Below the pieces are notes generated by a model, which was not told where the DNA came from, made no database searches, and saw only the letters and a program-made list of their open reading frames with translations. Made by a program: the position numbers and the translations under genes. A DNA stretch of 41,925 nt from an uncultured Bacilli bacterium (lineage in GTDB: Bacteria > Bacillota_I > Bacilli_A > RF39 > UBA660): contig CALVSM010000002.1 in the NCBI GenBank assembly GCA_944359025.1, forward strand, positions 1-41,925, in the 5' to 3' direction. How positions within the stretch are numbered: position 1 is the first letter of the stretch; each line of letters begins with the position of its first letter. Positions 15,795 to 24,326 of this stretch are shown here, in pieces.

Positions 15795-15980
15795 ACACAT
15801 CCTAATAAGGACGTGATTGTTACGTGGTACCACCTTAATTTATAGAAAAAATCTACCTTAAAGACTATAACGCGTCACCCTTCGCTCCAAAGACTACTTC
15901 ATTAAAGACTATTAAATGTTTTCACCAACCACATTTTCTCTTGTAATAATTACTTTAACTACTCCTTCTTCATCACAGCT
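15795..15980 (-). promoter_or_regulatory. T-box riboswitch leader, predicted valine specifier (GUA)
   Basis: The minus strand contains the AGAGA and GGTTGGTGAAA stem I elements. The specifier context is GAA-GTA-G (GTA at 15895..15897). The T-box sequence AATTAAGGTGGTACCACG lies at 15823..15840. A terminator CACGTCCT-TATT-AGGATGTG plus T8 lies at 15796..15815. A putative promoter TTGTTT-N17-TATTAT lies at 15987..16015. Confidence 0.8.
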
Positions 15981-16003
15981 AGCAATATAATAGCATATTT
16001 TTT

Positions 16004-16058
16004 TAATTCAAACAACATTTAAACAGTTAATTTATTTAAATTATTGATAAAGTTTTTA
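16004..16058. repeat. 55-bp direct repeat, copy 1 (duplicate of the recO 3' end plus 15 nt of downstream flank)
   Basis: taattcaaacaacatttaaacagttaatttatttaaattattgataaagttttta is identical to 16655..16709. Confidence 0.9.
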
Positions 16059-16062
16059 ACAA

Positions 16063-16575
16063 TTATTTATTATTTACTTTCCAATAACCGCTTTCTTGAT
16101 AATAAATTTTCAATGTCTTAAATTCTAAATCTTGTTTAGGAGACTTTATTTTTCTTAACGAATTCCTCGTTCTTTTAGAAAATAAATTAAGAATAGTTTC
16201 ACCGTTCATGCTTTCAACTGAAGAACCGACTCTAATAAAACAACTGTCTGGAGTCATACCCATACCTCTTAAATAATATGGTCTCTCATTACCTTTTGCA
16301 ACAATAATTTGTATATAATTTTTATTGTTTTTTTTATTTACAATAACATCAAATAAACCCAAAGTTGAAGGCATAATATTATTCTTTAATCTATCTTTTA
16401 TAGTTCTTTGTAATAAATCTATATTTTCTAAACTATCTTGAATATTTCCATTGTCATCTACCCCAATAAAAATATTCCCTCCATCAGTGTTTAAAAAAGC
16501 AATTACTTCTTTTTCTAGACTATCAGTAATTTTTGCTTTAAATTCGTTTCTTTTATCTTCCAATAATTCTATCAA
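16063..16575 (-). CDS. AlbA_2 (Schlafen-like) domain protein, apparently C-terminally truncated
   Basis: NEFKAKITDSLEKEVIAFLNTDGGNIFIGVDDNGNI is the typical AlbA_2 N-terminal motif. Full-length relatives are about 400-500 aa with HATPase/HTH parts, but this one ends 5 nt from repeat copy 1. It has a TTG start after GGTGAT. Confidence 0.6.
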   Translation of the reverse strand: MIELLEDKRNEFKAKITDSLEKEVIAFLNTDGGNIFIGVDDNGNIQDSLENIDLLQRTIKDRLKNNIMPSTLGLFDVIVNKKNNKNYIQIIVAKGNERPYYLRGMGMTPDSCFIRVGSSVESMNGETILNLFSKRTRNSLRKIKSPKQDLEFKTLKIYYQESGYWKVNNK

Positions 16576-16600
16576 TTTTAATCACCATATAAATTATAAC

Positions 16601-16640
16601 AAATGTCACTATAAATGTCACTATAAATGTCACTATAAAT
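16601..16640. repeat. 12-bp tandem repeat (aaatgtcactat) x3.3 in the promoter region of the AlbA_2 gene
   Basis: Read directly: three perfect units at 16601..16636 plus a partial fourth. They lie 26-65 nt upstream of the TTG start at 16575. Confidence 0.9.
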
Positions 16641-16654
16641 TAAAAACAAAAAAA

Positions 16655-16709
16655 TAATTCAAACAACATTTAAACAGTTAATTTATTTAAATTATTGATA
16701 AAGTTTTTA
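16655..16709. repeat. 55-bp direct repeat, copy 2 (the authentic recO 3' end)
   Basis: It is identical to 16004..16058 and contains the last 13 codons plus the stop of recO. Confidence 0.9.
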
Positions 16710-17401
16710 CTTTTTAAATATAGTCCGGTATAACGGTCATAATATTCATTTAAAAAACTGTTTATCTCATTTTTAGCTTCTTTACTAACTTCTAATTTAG
16801 ATATTTTAGATATATCGACATAATAATACATTCTAATTAATTTAATAGTTTTATCACTTACTAACTTTTCATTAGTATAACATTTACTACATATAAAACC
16901 ACCAGCATCACTTGATAAAGTTTTAATAGTTTGACTTCCACATTTACAACAACCATCGATAATCGGCATAACACCCAAATAATCTAAATATTTAAGCTCT
17001 AAAATATTCATGATGACTAATGGATCAAAATTTTCATTTATTTTAATTAAAGCACTTATTAATAAATCAAATACTTCATATTTCAAACTATGTTTAACCA
17101 CTTGACCAGTAAGCTCTAAAAGATAAGTTGCATAACTTATCTTAGTAATATCTTTTTTAATATTTTTAAAGTTGTCGATAACATCGACATTCGATAAAAT
17201 TGATAACTTATCTTTTTTATAATAAATATAAAATTTACCATAGGTAAGTTTATCCGTTGTACTTCTTAAATTACTTTTTAGTGTCTTACACCCTTTAGCA
17301 ATCATTCCAACAATACCATACTCTTTAGTAATAACATTGATAATTTTACTTGTTTCCCCATAGTCTTGGCTAGTTAAAATAATTCCTTCAACTTCAATCA
17401 T
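16670..17401 (-). CDS. recO: DNA repair protein RecO
   Basis: It is 243 aa with an N-terminal OB fold (EGIILTSQDYGETSKII) and a CxxC...CxxC zinc motif (CCKCGS...CSKC). It keeps the era-yqzL-recO synteny seen in Bacillus. Confidence 0.9.
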   Translation of the reverse strand: MIEVEGIILTSQDYGETSKIINVITKEYGIVGMIAKGCKTLKSNLRSTTDKLTYGKFYIYYKKDKLSILSNVDVIDNFKNIKKDITKISYATYLLELTGQVVKHSLKYEVFDLLISALIKINENFDPLVIMNILELKYLDYLGVMPIIDGCCKCGSQTIKTLSSDAGGFICSKCYTNEKLVSDKTIKLIRMYYYVDISKISKLEVSKEAKNEINSFLNEYYDRYTGLYLKSKNFINNLNKLTV

Positions 17402-17621
17402 TTTTACTCAACTCAAATCGATATTCTTGTTTTATATCAGGATACTTATTCTTATCGACTTTAGATATAAACATATCATAAGGTCTTACCCATATTTCAT
17501 CAGTATCTAAATGTTTATAAACGATCATTTTTTCTAAGGTTTCGGAATGTTTAGCTATCGCTATAACTAATATTTTAAAACCTTTAAAATGTTTATATAT
17601 ACCACCTACTACAACTTCCAA
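17394..17621 (-). CDS. DUF1653 family protein
   Basis: It matches the GGIYKHFKG...VYKHL...IWVRPYDMF pattern. The start is placed at TTG 17621, five nt after AAGGTGA. Confidence 0.6.
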   Translation of the reverse strand: MEVVVGGIYKHFKGFKILVIAIAKHSETLEKMIVYKHLDTDEIWVRPYDMFISKVDKNKYPDIKQEYRFELSKND

Positions 17622-17622
17622 A

Positions 17623-17715
17623 TTATTCACCTTCTTTTTTATATTTTAAATAATATTCAATTTTACCAGTTTTTTTAAATAGTTGCCATAATATTTCTTT
17701 TTTCAAAATTATCAT
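17623..17715 (-). CDS. yqzL: YqzL-like small protein (30 aa; not in the ORF track)
   Basis: The minus strand translates to MIILKKEILWQLFKKTGKIEYYLKYKKEGE*. The W-x-x-F-x-x-TG-x-I-E-x-YL pattern and the position between era and recO match Bacillus yqzL. The true start may be the internal TTG at 17706. Confidence 0.5.
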   Translation of the reverse strand: MIILKKEILWQLFKKTGKIEYYLKYKKEGE

Positions 17716-17757
17716 CTCCATTATTATTTTGGTTAAAAAAACAATATTTTATACAAC

Positions 17758-18645
17758 TTATTCTAAAAAATCTTTAAAACCCAATTCTTGTAAATATTTT
17801 TCTTTATCTCGCCAGTTTTTAATCGTTTTAACATATAATTCTAAATAAACTTTATTTCCTAATAACTCTTCTAAATCAACTCTTGCTTCAATTCCTATTT
17901 TTTTAATCATTTTCCCTTGTTTACCAATAATTATTTTTTTTAAAGCATCACGGTCGACAATAATCGCAACATTGATACTATAATTATTTTTTTCTTTTTT
18001 CATTTGCTCAACTACACAAGTAACAGAATGCGGTACTTCTTCATCAGTTAAATTAAATACTTTTTCTCTAACTATTTCGGAAATTAAAAATTCAATTTGA
18101 TAATTAGTATAAGTATTTTCCTCAAAATATCTAACATCATCTTGTAAATATTTTTTTAAAACAGCAATCAAAACTTGTAAATTATCTTTTTTCAAAGCCG
18201 ATAGCGGTATAATTTCTTTAAAAGGATATAAATCTTTATATTCGCTAATTTTTAACAAAATATTTTCTTTTTTTATTTTATCAATTTTATTAATTACTAA
18301 AATTACCGGTTTATCACTTTTTTTAAAGCGGTCGATAATATATAAATCACCTTTTCCTAATTTTTCGCTACCATCAACTAAAAAAACAATAATATCAACA
18401 TCATCGATACTATAGTAAGCTTGTCTATTTAAATAATTACCTAATTTATGTTTAGGTTTATGAATACCAGGTGTATCGACAAAAACAATTTGACTATCAG
18501 CATCATTATAAATACCTTGAATAATATTTCTCGTTGTTTGGGGTTTATTAGATGTAATAGCAATTTTTTTGCCAATAAGATTATTCAACAAAGTACTTTT
18601 ACCAACATTAGGTCTTCCCACTAAACTGACAAAACCACTTTTCAT
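17758..18645 (-). CDS. era: GTPase Era
   Basis: It has GRPNVGKSTL, DTPG and NKID motifs and a C-terminal KH domain, across 295 aa. Confidence 0.95.
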   Translation of the reverse strand: MKSGFVSLVGRPNVGKSTLLNNLIGKKIAITSNKPQTTRNIIQGIYNDADSQIVFVDTPGIHKPKHKLGNYLNRQAYYSIDDVDIIVFLVDGSEKLGKGDLYIIDRFKKSDKPVILVINKIDKIKKENILLKISEYKDLYPFKEIIPLSALKKDNLQVLIAVLKKYLQDDVRYFEENTYTNYQIEFLISEIVREKVFNLTDEEVPHSVTCVVEQMKKEKNNYSINVAIIVDRDALKKIIIGKQGKMIKKIGIEARVDLEELLGNKVYLELYVKTIKNWRDKEKYLQELGFKDFLE

Positions 18646-18648
18646 ATC

Positions 18649-19089
18649 TCACCTCACAATTTTAAATTCATTTAATAATTCATCTTGTTTTTTAAACATA
18701 ATTTCTTCATCATCTTTATTCATATGGTCATATCCTAATAAATGCAATAACCCATGAATAGTCAAAAAAGAAAGTTCTCTTAAAAGCGAATGACCATATT
18801 CTAAAGCTTGCGCTTTAGCTTTATCAAAGGATATATAAATATCTCCTAAAACTCTAAAATCTAGTTTTATTTCATCAATATTATCTTCTAAAGCAAAACT
18901 AATAACATCGGTATAATTATCGATACCGCGATATTCTTTATTTAATTTTTTTATATATTCATTATCGACGATAATAACATTAAAAAGACAATTTTTTAAA
19001 TTTTCTTTATCGACAACAAAATTTAAAAATTCATCTATTGTATCCAATTCTTTTATTTCTAAATTTAATTCATTAATTATTTCAAACAT
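18649..19089 (-). CDS. ybeY: rRNA maturation endoribonuclease YbeY
   Basis: It carries the HGLLHLLGYDH zinc motif and is 146 aa. Confidence 0.93.
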   Translation of the reverse strand: MFEIINELNLEIKELDTIDEFLNFVVDKENLKNCLFNVIIVDNEYIKKLNKEYRGIDNYTDVISFALEDNIDEIKLDFRVLGDIYISFDKAKAQALEYGHSLLRELSFLTIHGLLHLLGYDHMNKDDEEIMFKKQDELLNEFKIVR

Positions 19090-19693
19090 AAAACACCCCT
19101 TGCAAATATAAGATTATTACTAGTAATATAACCACCATTATTATATTATAAATATAGGGCTTTTGCAATAAAACAATTTTATTTTTTACTTTAACAAACA
19201 CATAATAAATAATAAAACCTAACAAGCCACCTATTATATTAAGCATAATATCATCGATATCAAAAACTCGACCGATCAATAATTGCGTAAATTCGATGGT
19301 AACAGAAACTAAAGTAGTTAACAATAAGATTAATAAAGGGTTTTTGGTCTTTAAAAAATAAGATATAAAAAAGCCATAAGGAATAAACATCAACATATTT
19401 CCAACGACATTTTTATAAAATAATTTGGTTCCAAATTCATATCGGAACATCTCTTCAAAAGGAATAAAATTAGAGCTTGACCAACTGACATCTTGAAAAG
19501 TTACGACTCTAAATAAAGCCATAACATAAATAATAAAACCTAACATCAACATCTCTTTATAAAAGACAAATTTAACTTTATTTTTAATTAAATAAGTTAT
19601 TCGTAAAGAAATTATAATGACTAAACAAATAAATAACATTGGCCAAATATCTTCAAAAATATTTAAAATTGTTTCACGAAACATCAATTTCAC
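19082..19693 (-). CDS. VanZ-family membrane protein
   Basis: It has four to five TM helices, an NMLMFIPYGFF motif and the signature EFTQLLIGRVFDIDDIMLNIIGGLLG. Confidence 0.65.
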   Translation of the reverse strand: MKLMFRETILNIFEDIWPMLFICLVIIISLRITYLIKNKVKFVFYKEMLMLGFIIYVMALFRVVTFQDVSWSSSNFIPFEEMFRYEFGTKLFYKNVVGNMLMFIPYGFFISYFLKTKNPLLILLLTTLVSVTIEFTQLLIGRVFDIDDIMLNIIGGLLGFIIYYVFVKVKNKIVLLQKPYIYNIIMVVILLVIILYLQGVFYV

Positions 19694-20858
19694 CTTCTAT
19701 CTTACTATAACTAGTTATATCTTCATATACTGTAAAAAACATATCTAATATAATTTTATCATCTTTAATATTAACTTTTAAAACTTGATAATCGATAATT
19801 TTTTCTTCATTATTCAATCTTTCTTGCATTTTTTTAATAGCTTCATCTATGGCTTTATCTTTAGCTTCTTCACTAGTTAAAACATAAGAAATAGTTTGAA
19901 CTTCTTTTTGTCTTTGCTTAACTAAAGAAAACGGTAAAAATGAATGATATAAAATTTTTTCTTCTTCAACTCTTTTATCGTCAAATTTATTTAAAGTTAA
20001 TTCTAATGATTTATTCAATAATTTTAAAACATAAACATCTTGAAAATTATCTAATTCTTTTATTTCACTATAGATATAAGGATAGCTGACATTAATATTA
20101 TACCAAACTTCACCATAAATTTTACCTTCAGCTTTAACAATATCTTTAATTTCTTCATTTAAATAGATATTACCAGATATTATAACATCGCCTTTATTGA
20201 CATAACTATTGATATTTTTAACTACTTCGCCATTTTCCGCTACTATTTTTTTAATAATCGCACTTTTTTTAGCCACCACATTTTGTTTATCATAATTAAC
20301 TTCTTGATTAGGTATTACTCTACTTTCTAGACGAACAATATAACTAGTTCCTCTTTCCTCAATTTCTAACCATTCGATTTTATCGTGATATTCTTCTAAA
20401 ATACTATTTTTTATTTTTTGAATTTCTTGAAAACTCACTTTAAATTTATATTTTTTTAAACCATATTTTTCTAACTCATTTAATAAAAATTCTCTTAATT
20501 CTTTATCGTTATGAATAACTTCCACATTAAAAATAATATTCGATAAAAAAATAATTAAAAAAATTCCTAAAGCAATAAAAATTAAAGCATATTTATAAAC
20601 ATTCATTATTCTTTTTATTTTAATTATCCCATAGGTATCTAATTGATTTATTTCATAAGTTGTTTTTAGTTTTAAAACTTTATCATAATCTTTTTGATAA
20701 ATAACGATATTAATAGAATTATATTTTAAATATTTAATATTTAATAGGTCAATATTGTTACTTTTTAATCTTTTAATAAATCTTTTAATATTTTTCCCTT
20801 GAATATTTAATTTAACTTTATTTTGTAGTTTAACAAATAAACTATTTTTCAAATTCAA
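19674..20858 (-). CDS. yqfD: Sporulation protein YqfD
   Basis: It is about 394 aa with a single central TM. It follows yqfC as in Bacillus, and the N-terminal pattern (VKLNIQGKNIKRFIKRL) fits YqfD. The start uses TTG; the true start may be TTG 20852. Confidence 0.75.
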   Translation of the reverse strand: MNLKNSLFVKLQNKVKLNIQGKNIKRFIKRLKSNNIDLLNIKYLKYNSINIVIYQKDYDKVLKLKTTYEINQLDTYGIIKIKRIMNVYKYALIFIALGIFLIIFLSNIIFNVEVIHNDKELREFLLNELEKYGLKKYKFKVSFQEIQKIKNSILEEYHDKIEWLEIEERGTSYIVRLESRVIPNQEVNYDKQNVVAKKSAIIKKIVAENGEVVKNINSYVNKGDVIISGNIYLNEEIKDIVKAEGKIYGEVWYNINVSYPYIYSEIKELDNFQDVYVLKLLNKSLELTLNKFDDKRVEEEKILYHSFLPFSLVKQRQKEVQTISYVLTSEEAKDKAIDEAIKKMQERLNNEEKIIDYQVLKVNIKDDKIILDMFFTVYEDITSYSKIEGEIDVS

Positions 20859-21098
20859 TCACCTTAATTCTATTTTTTCAATATTTCCTTCGATTAAAAG
20901 CTCATCTTTAATCAATTTAGAAACAACCAAATTCCCCCCACTTATTAAAACACTACCATTTTTATAACTAATAATTATTTTATTGCTGTCAAAATGACTG
21001 ATATCATTATAATTTGCTATCCCTAATTTTTTTTCAATATATTGCATTTTAAAATCTTCTTCTAACAAAGAACTTTTTAAATTATTAATTAAATTCAA
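20859..21098 (-). CDS. yqfC: Sporulation protein YqfC (YabP/YqfC family)
   Basis: The C-terminal pattern L.ISGGNLVVSKL..DELLIEGNIEKIEL is typical of the family. The start is placed at TTG 21098, five nt after AGGTGA. Confidence 0.7.
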   Translation of the reverse strand: MNLINNLKSSLLEEDFKMQYIEKKLGIANYNDISHFDSNKIIISYKNGSVLISGGNLVVSKLIKDELLIEGNIEKIELR

Positions 21099-21165
21099 AC
21101 TAATCACCTATTTAATTTTATTATTTTTAAACAATTTTATAATCAAAAAAAGTGCGGTTAAGCAC

Positions 21166-21507
21166 TTAATTTATTATACTTCCAGCTTTAAAATCTTTAG
21201 TTATAGTTAATAGTTCAACGTCTTCATCATCTGGTAATGAAGCACACATTAACATACCATCCGATTCCATTCCTCGAAAGAAAGCTTTTTTTAAATTAGT
21301 AACAACTACTACTTTTTTATTAATAACTTCTTCTGGTTTATAAAATTCCGCAATACTAGATATAATTTGGCGTGGTTCTTCCTCGCCAACATCGATTTTA
21401 AACACCAATAATCTATCCGCATTAGGATGTTTAAAACATTCTTTGATAACTCCTAGTTTAAATTCAATTTTAGCAAAATCTTTAAAATCAATCTTTTCTT
21501 TTTGCAT
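21166..21507 (-). CDS. tRNA-binding (EMAP/CsaA-like OB-fold) domain protein
   Basis: FAKIEFKLGVIKECFKHPNADRLLVFKIDVG matches the MetRS C-terminal/CsaA-type motif. The ATG at 21507 follows GAGGTGGA. Confidence 0.75.
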   Translation of the reverse strand: MQKEKIDFKDFAKIEFKLGVIKECFKHPNADRLLVFKIDVGEEEPRQIISSIAEFYKPEEVINKKVVVVTNLKKAFFRGMESDGMLMCASLPDDEDVELLTITKDFKAGSIIN

Positions 21508-21599
21508 TTTTCCACCTCTATTAACTATTATACCACAGTAATTTGACAAAAATAAAAGAGTGTGTTAGGATAGTACCACTTTTAAAGGGGGAATTTATT

Positions 21600-21761
21600 G
21601 TGCAGGAAAATAGTTATCAATTTAGTTTAGATATCGATTCAGCAATCATTTTAGCTAATATGAAAAAAGAAGATAAAACGGTTCAAGAACAATATGAGAA
21701 AAAGGATGAATATATTTATTTAGAAAATCCGATTCAAAGAATTAACGAAACCAATTATTAA
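21600..21761 (+). CDS. Hypothetical small protein (53 aa)
   Basis: A GTG at 21600 follows AAAGGGGGA, and a terminator follows the ORF. No family was recognised. Confidence 0.3.
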   Translation: MQENSYQFSLDIDSAIILANMKKEDKTVQEQYEKKDEYIYLENPIQRINETNY

Positions 21762-21782
21762 AATGCTTTTAGGCATTTTTTT
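21760..21782. terminator. Bidirectional hairpin terminator between convergent genes
   Basis: AAAATGC-TTTTAG-GCATTTT is flanked by A-runs and T-runs and overlaps both stop codons. Confidence 0.5.
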
Positions 21783-22005
21783 ATTGTTTTAAAGTTGTTA
21801 AAACAGTTTGTATCATATCAAAAGTATCAATTGCTTGACTTATTTTATCAGCTGGTCTTAATTTATAAGTTGTTTTCACTTCATTTTCAAAATCTTTAAA
21901 ATATTGATTGCTGCGGTTTAGATATTTATACCAATGCGAATTTTCTCTTAAAAATTTTATATAATTAACATTACTTTTTAATTTTATTTGATTTTCAATA
22001 CTCAT
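21781..22005 (-). CDS. ylbE: YlbE-like protein
   Basis: It is 74 aa. The YIKFLRENSHWYKYLNR pattern resembles YlbE (FLR..P.WYR.LSR). It lies directly after the ylbD-like gene, as in Bacillus. Confidence 0.55.
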   Translation of the reverse strand: MSIENQIKLKSNVNYIKFLRENSHWYKYLNRSNQYFKDFENEVKTTYKLRPADKISQAIDTFDMIQTVLTTLKQ

Positions 22006-22355
22006 TAATCTTCAAAATGTTTATACATTGGTCTTGGTTTATATTCTTTATTGGGTTTAGTTTCATCTTTGCTAGATAAATCTTGCACCATACCAATTAC
22101 TTTTTGTAAATTACTAACGCCACTTTGAACACTGTCTAAATTAATATTTTTTAACCAATTAAATACTTCATTTACTCCAAACGCTGTAGCTACTTGGGTT
22201 TCAACATTTAAGTAATCTTTCCAAGCTTCCCTATCCTCACCATATAAATCATAAATTTCATAAAATTTTTGCCAATCACTTTCCCCATTTTTTACATATT
22301 TTACTAATTTAGGGTTTTTTTTGACAAATTGTTTAAACTCGTCAATTTTAGCCAT
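22005..22355 (-). CDS. ylbD: YlbD-like putative spore coat protein
   Basis: FKQFVKKNPKLVKYVKNGESDWQKFYEIYDLYGED matches YlbD (FKEFVKKHPKLIKEVRKGGRSWQEIYEDWYLLGEED). The ATG at 22355 follows AGGTGA. Confidence 0.7.
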   Translation of the reverse strand: MAKIDEFKQFVKKNPKLVKYVKNGESDWQKFYEIYDLYGEDREAWKDYLNVETQVATAFGVNEVFNWLKNINLDSVQSGVSNLQKVIGMVQDLSSKDETKPNKEYKPRPMYKHFED

Positions 22356-22444
22356 GACAATCACCTAATACAGTTTATGCGATTAATTTTAAATGTGTAC
22401 ATATAAACTATTTTCATGATATAATATTTATGAGGTGTACTTTA

Positions 22445-23716
22445 ATGGAAAAGATAAAAGAATTTTTTTCTAAATTTAAAATTAATCGGTTAAATAAAAA
22501 ATTAATTCGCGGTGTTTTGATAATTGTTTTTGTGATTTTAGTTTCATATTTTATTATATCTAGTATTATAACAGGTAATCATAATCGTACTTGTAATGAG
22601 TTACGCGAAGAAATTTTAGCCGCAACTGATATATATATGTCAGAAAACAATTTATTACCAACTTTAAATGGTACTAGCAGCACAATGGCATTATCTGATT
22701 TATATAATAGTATTATTTTTAAAGACTATGCTGTAACAGGAACCGTTACTTATACCAAATATAATGATGAATATGTTAAAACGATAGAATTAGATAATGC
22801 TGATTTTTGTACTACTAAAGAATTTAATGAAGAATCTAGTGAATATGATAGTTCAAAAAATGCTAAAGTAGAAGTTACTTTTAACTATGTTACTGTTGAT
22901 TCTTATAATTCTAAATGGACTGATTGGTACCCTAGTGAATATATCAGTACTGAAGAAACAAATGGGGTCTTACTCCCATTAGATGAAGATCGCTTACCTG
23001 ATATTCCTAATGGCGCTATTATTACCGAATATGTAAGAGAAACTGATACCTATTATAGTTATCGTGATAAAAGATGGCGTTGGTATAAAAACAATGTTAA
23101 ATATAGTGATTTTAGTTCGGAAAAACCTAAAGGTTATACCACTAAAGACACATCCGTCACTTTATCTAGTGAAGCCACTCCTTGGAGTTTAGATTATCCT
23201 GAAGAAAAAGATTATCGTCATATTAAAAGAACAACTGGATATCGTTGGTATTATTTAAACGAAAACGAAGAAAAAATTTACTGGAATAATGGCGAATATA
23301 GTCCTGAATCACCGGGTGAGGAATACCAAAGAGATACCGAATTAAAAGCAACCATGTATTCTTATACTGACGATATGTGGCGTTGGTATAACGGCGATAC
23401 TAAAAGAATTTATAGTAGTTACAGTTCAACTAAACCTAAAAATTATAATTATAAAGATAGTGAAACTTTAACTTATTCTAATTGGTCTAAATATTACGAA
23501 GAAAGTCATCTTGATAGTTCTAATAAAAGTTATCGCGAAGAAAGAACCGATATTTATTCTAGATACTTAATTAAATATGATATTCAAAGTTACCCAATTT
23601 TAGAAAATTATGTGTCTTTAGGCGAATTAGAAGTTGCTGTTGGAAAATCATATGAACAAATTAATGAAGATGATTCTCTACAAGTATTAGTAAATTTTAA
23701 ATTCTATTACGAATAA
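22445..23716 (+). CDS. Membrane-anchored extracytoplasmic protein with aromatic Y-x-Y-R / W-R-W-Y repeats
   Basis: It has an N-terminal TM (GVLIIVFVILVSYFIISSII). Repeats include YSYRDKRWRWY, YRWYYLN and YSYTDDMWRWY. The ATG at 22445 follows GAGGTG. No family was recognised. Confidence 0.5.
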   Translation: MEKIKEFFSKFKINRLNKKLIRGVLIIVFVILVSYFIISSIITGNHNRTCNELREEILAATDIYMSENNLLPTLNGTSSTMALSDLYNSIIFKDYAVTGTVTYTKYNDEYVKTIELDNADFCTTKEFNEESSEYDSSKNAKVEVTFNYVTVDSYNSKWTDWYPSEYISTEETNGVLLPLDEDRLPDIPNGAIITEYVRETDTYYSYRDKRWRWYKNNVKYSDFSSEKPKGYTTKDTSVTLSSEATPWSLDYPEEKDYRHIKRTTGYRWYYLNENEEKIYWNNGEYSPESPGEEYQRDTELKATMYSYTDDMWRWYNGDTKRIYSSYSSTKPKNYNYKDSETLTYSNWSKYYEESHLDSSNKSYREERTDIYSRYLIKYDIQSYPILENYVSLGELEVAVGKSYEQINEDDSLQVLVNFKFYYE

Positions 23717-23723
23717 AATCGAG

Positions 23724-24221
23724 TCAATTTAACTCGATTTTTATTTGTTCTACTCTATCAACATAATTATCATTATTATAATTATTAATTATAGTATTAA
23801 TTATTTCAACATCTTTATCGACACTATAACCGACAATAATTTCATCACCAATTACTAAATAAGGAACTGCATAATAAGTTTGATTTAATTCTTCTCCCAC
23901 TTTCATCATCAATTCTTTATTTTCCTCATTAAACCATACTTCATATTCAATCAAATTATAATACTTACCATATTCTTCTTCTATATCACTAAAATATTTC
24001 TTTAAATTCTCACAAACATGACAACCATCCCCCCAAAACAAATAAATATTTATAGGCTCGCGATTTTCATCGATTGGTTCTTCAATAACTGGTTCTTCTA
24101 TTGTTTGATTATCATCTACTTGGTCATTATCAACATTTGGTTTTTCTGTTTCTGGTTCTATCTTGCCACATCCAACTAATAAAAAACAGCATATTATCAT
24201 TAATAACTTTAATATTTTCAT
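23724..24221 (-). CDS. Thioredoxin-fold lipoprotein (CxxC)
   Basis: It has a lipobox LLVGCG, an acidic linker, then WGDGCHVCENLK, which is a CxxC active-site context. Confidence 0.6.
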   Translation of the reverse strand: MKILKLLMIICCFLLVGCGKIEPETEKPNVDNDQVDDNQTIEEPVIEEPIDENREPINIYLFWGDGCHVCENLKKYFSDIEEEYGKYYNLIEYEVWFNEENKELMMKVGEELNQTYYAVPYLVIGDEIIVGYSVDKDVEIINTIINNYNNDNYVDRVEQIKIELN

Positions 24222-24326
24222 AAATACACCTCAACTTATAAAATTATACCAAATTTCTAATAAAAAATCTATAACAATTACCCTGTTTAATTTTCATGAT
24301 ATAATAATTAATAGAAGGAGGTCTTT

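Noticed and set aside
15772-15798. The long form of the HD-domain ORF, starting at 15798.
   Set aside because: It would begin inside the T-box terminator U-tract. The ATG at 15771 has an AGGTGA RBS.
16601-16640. The tandem 12-bp repeats could be a CRISPR array.
   Set aside because: The units are directly adjacent with no spacers, there are only about 3 copies of 12 bp, and there are no cas genes. This is a simple tandem repeat.
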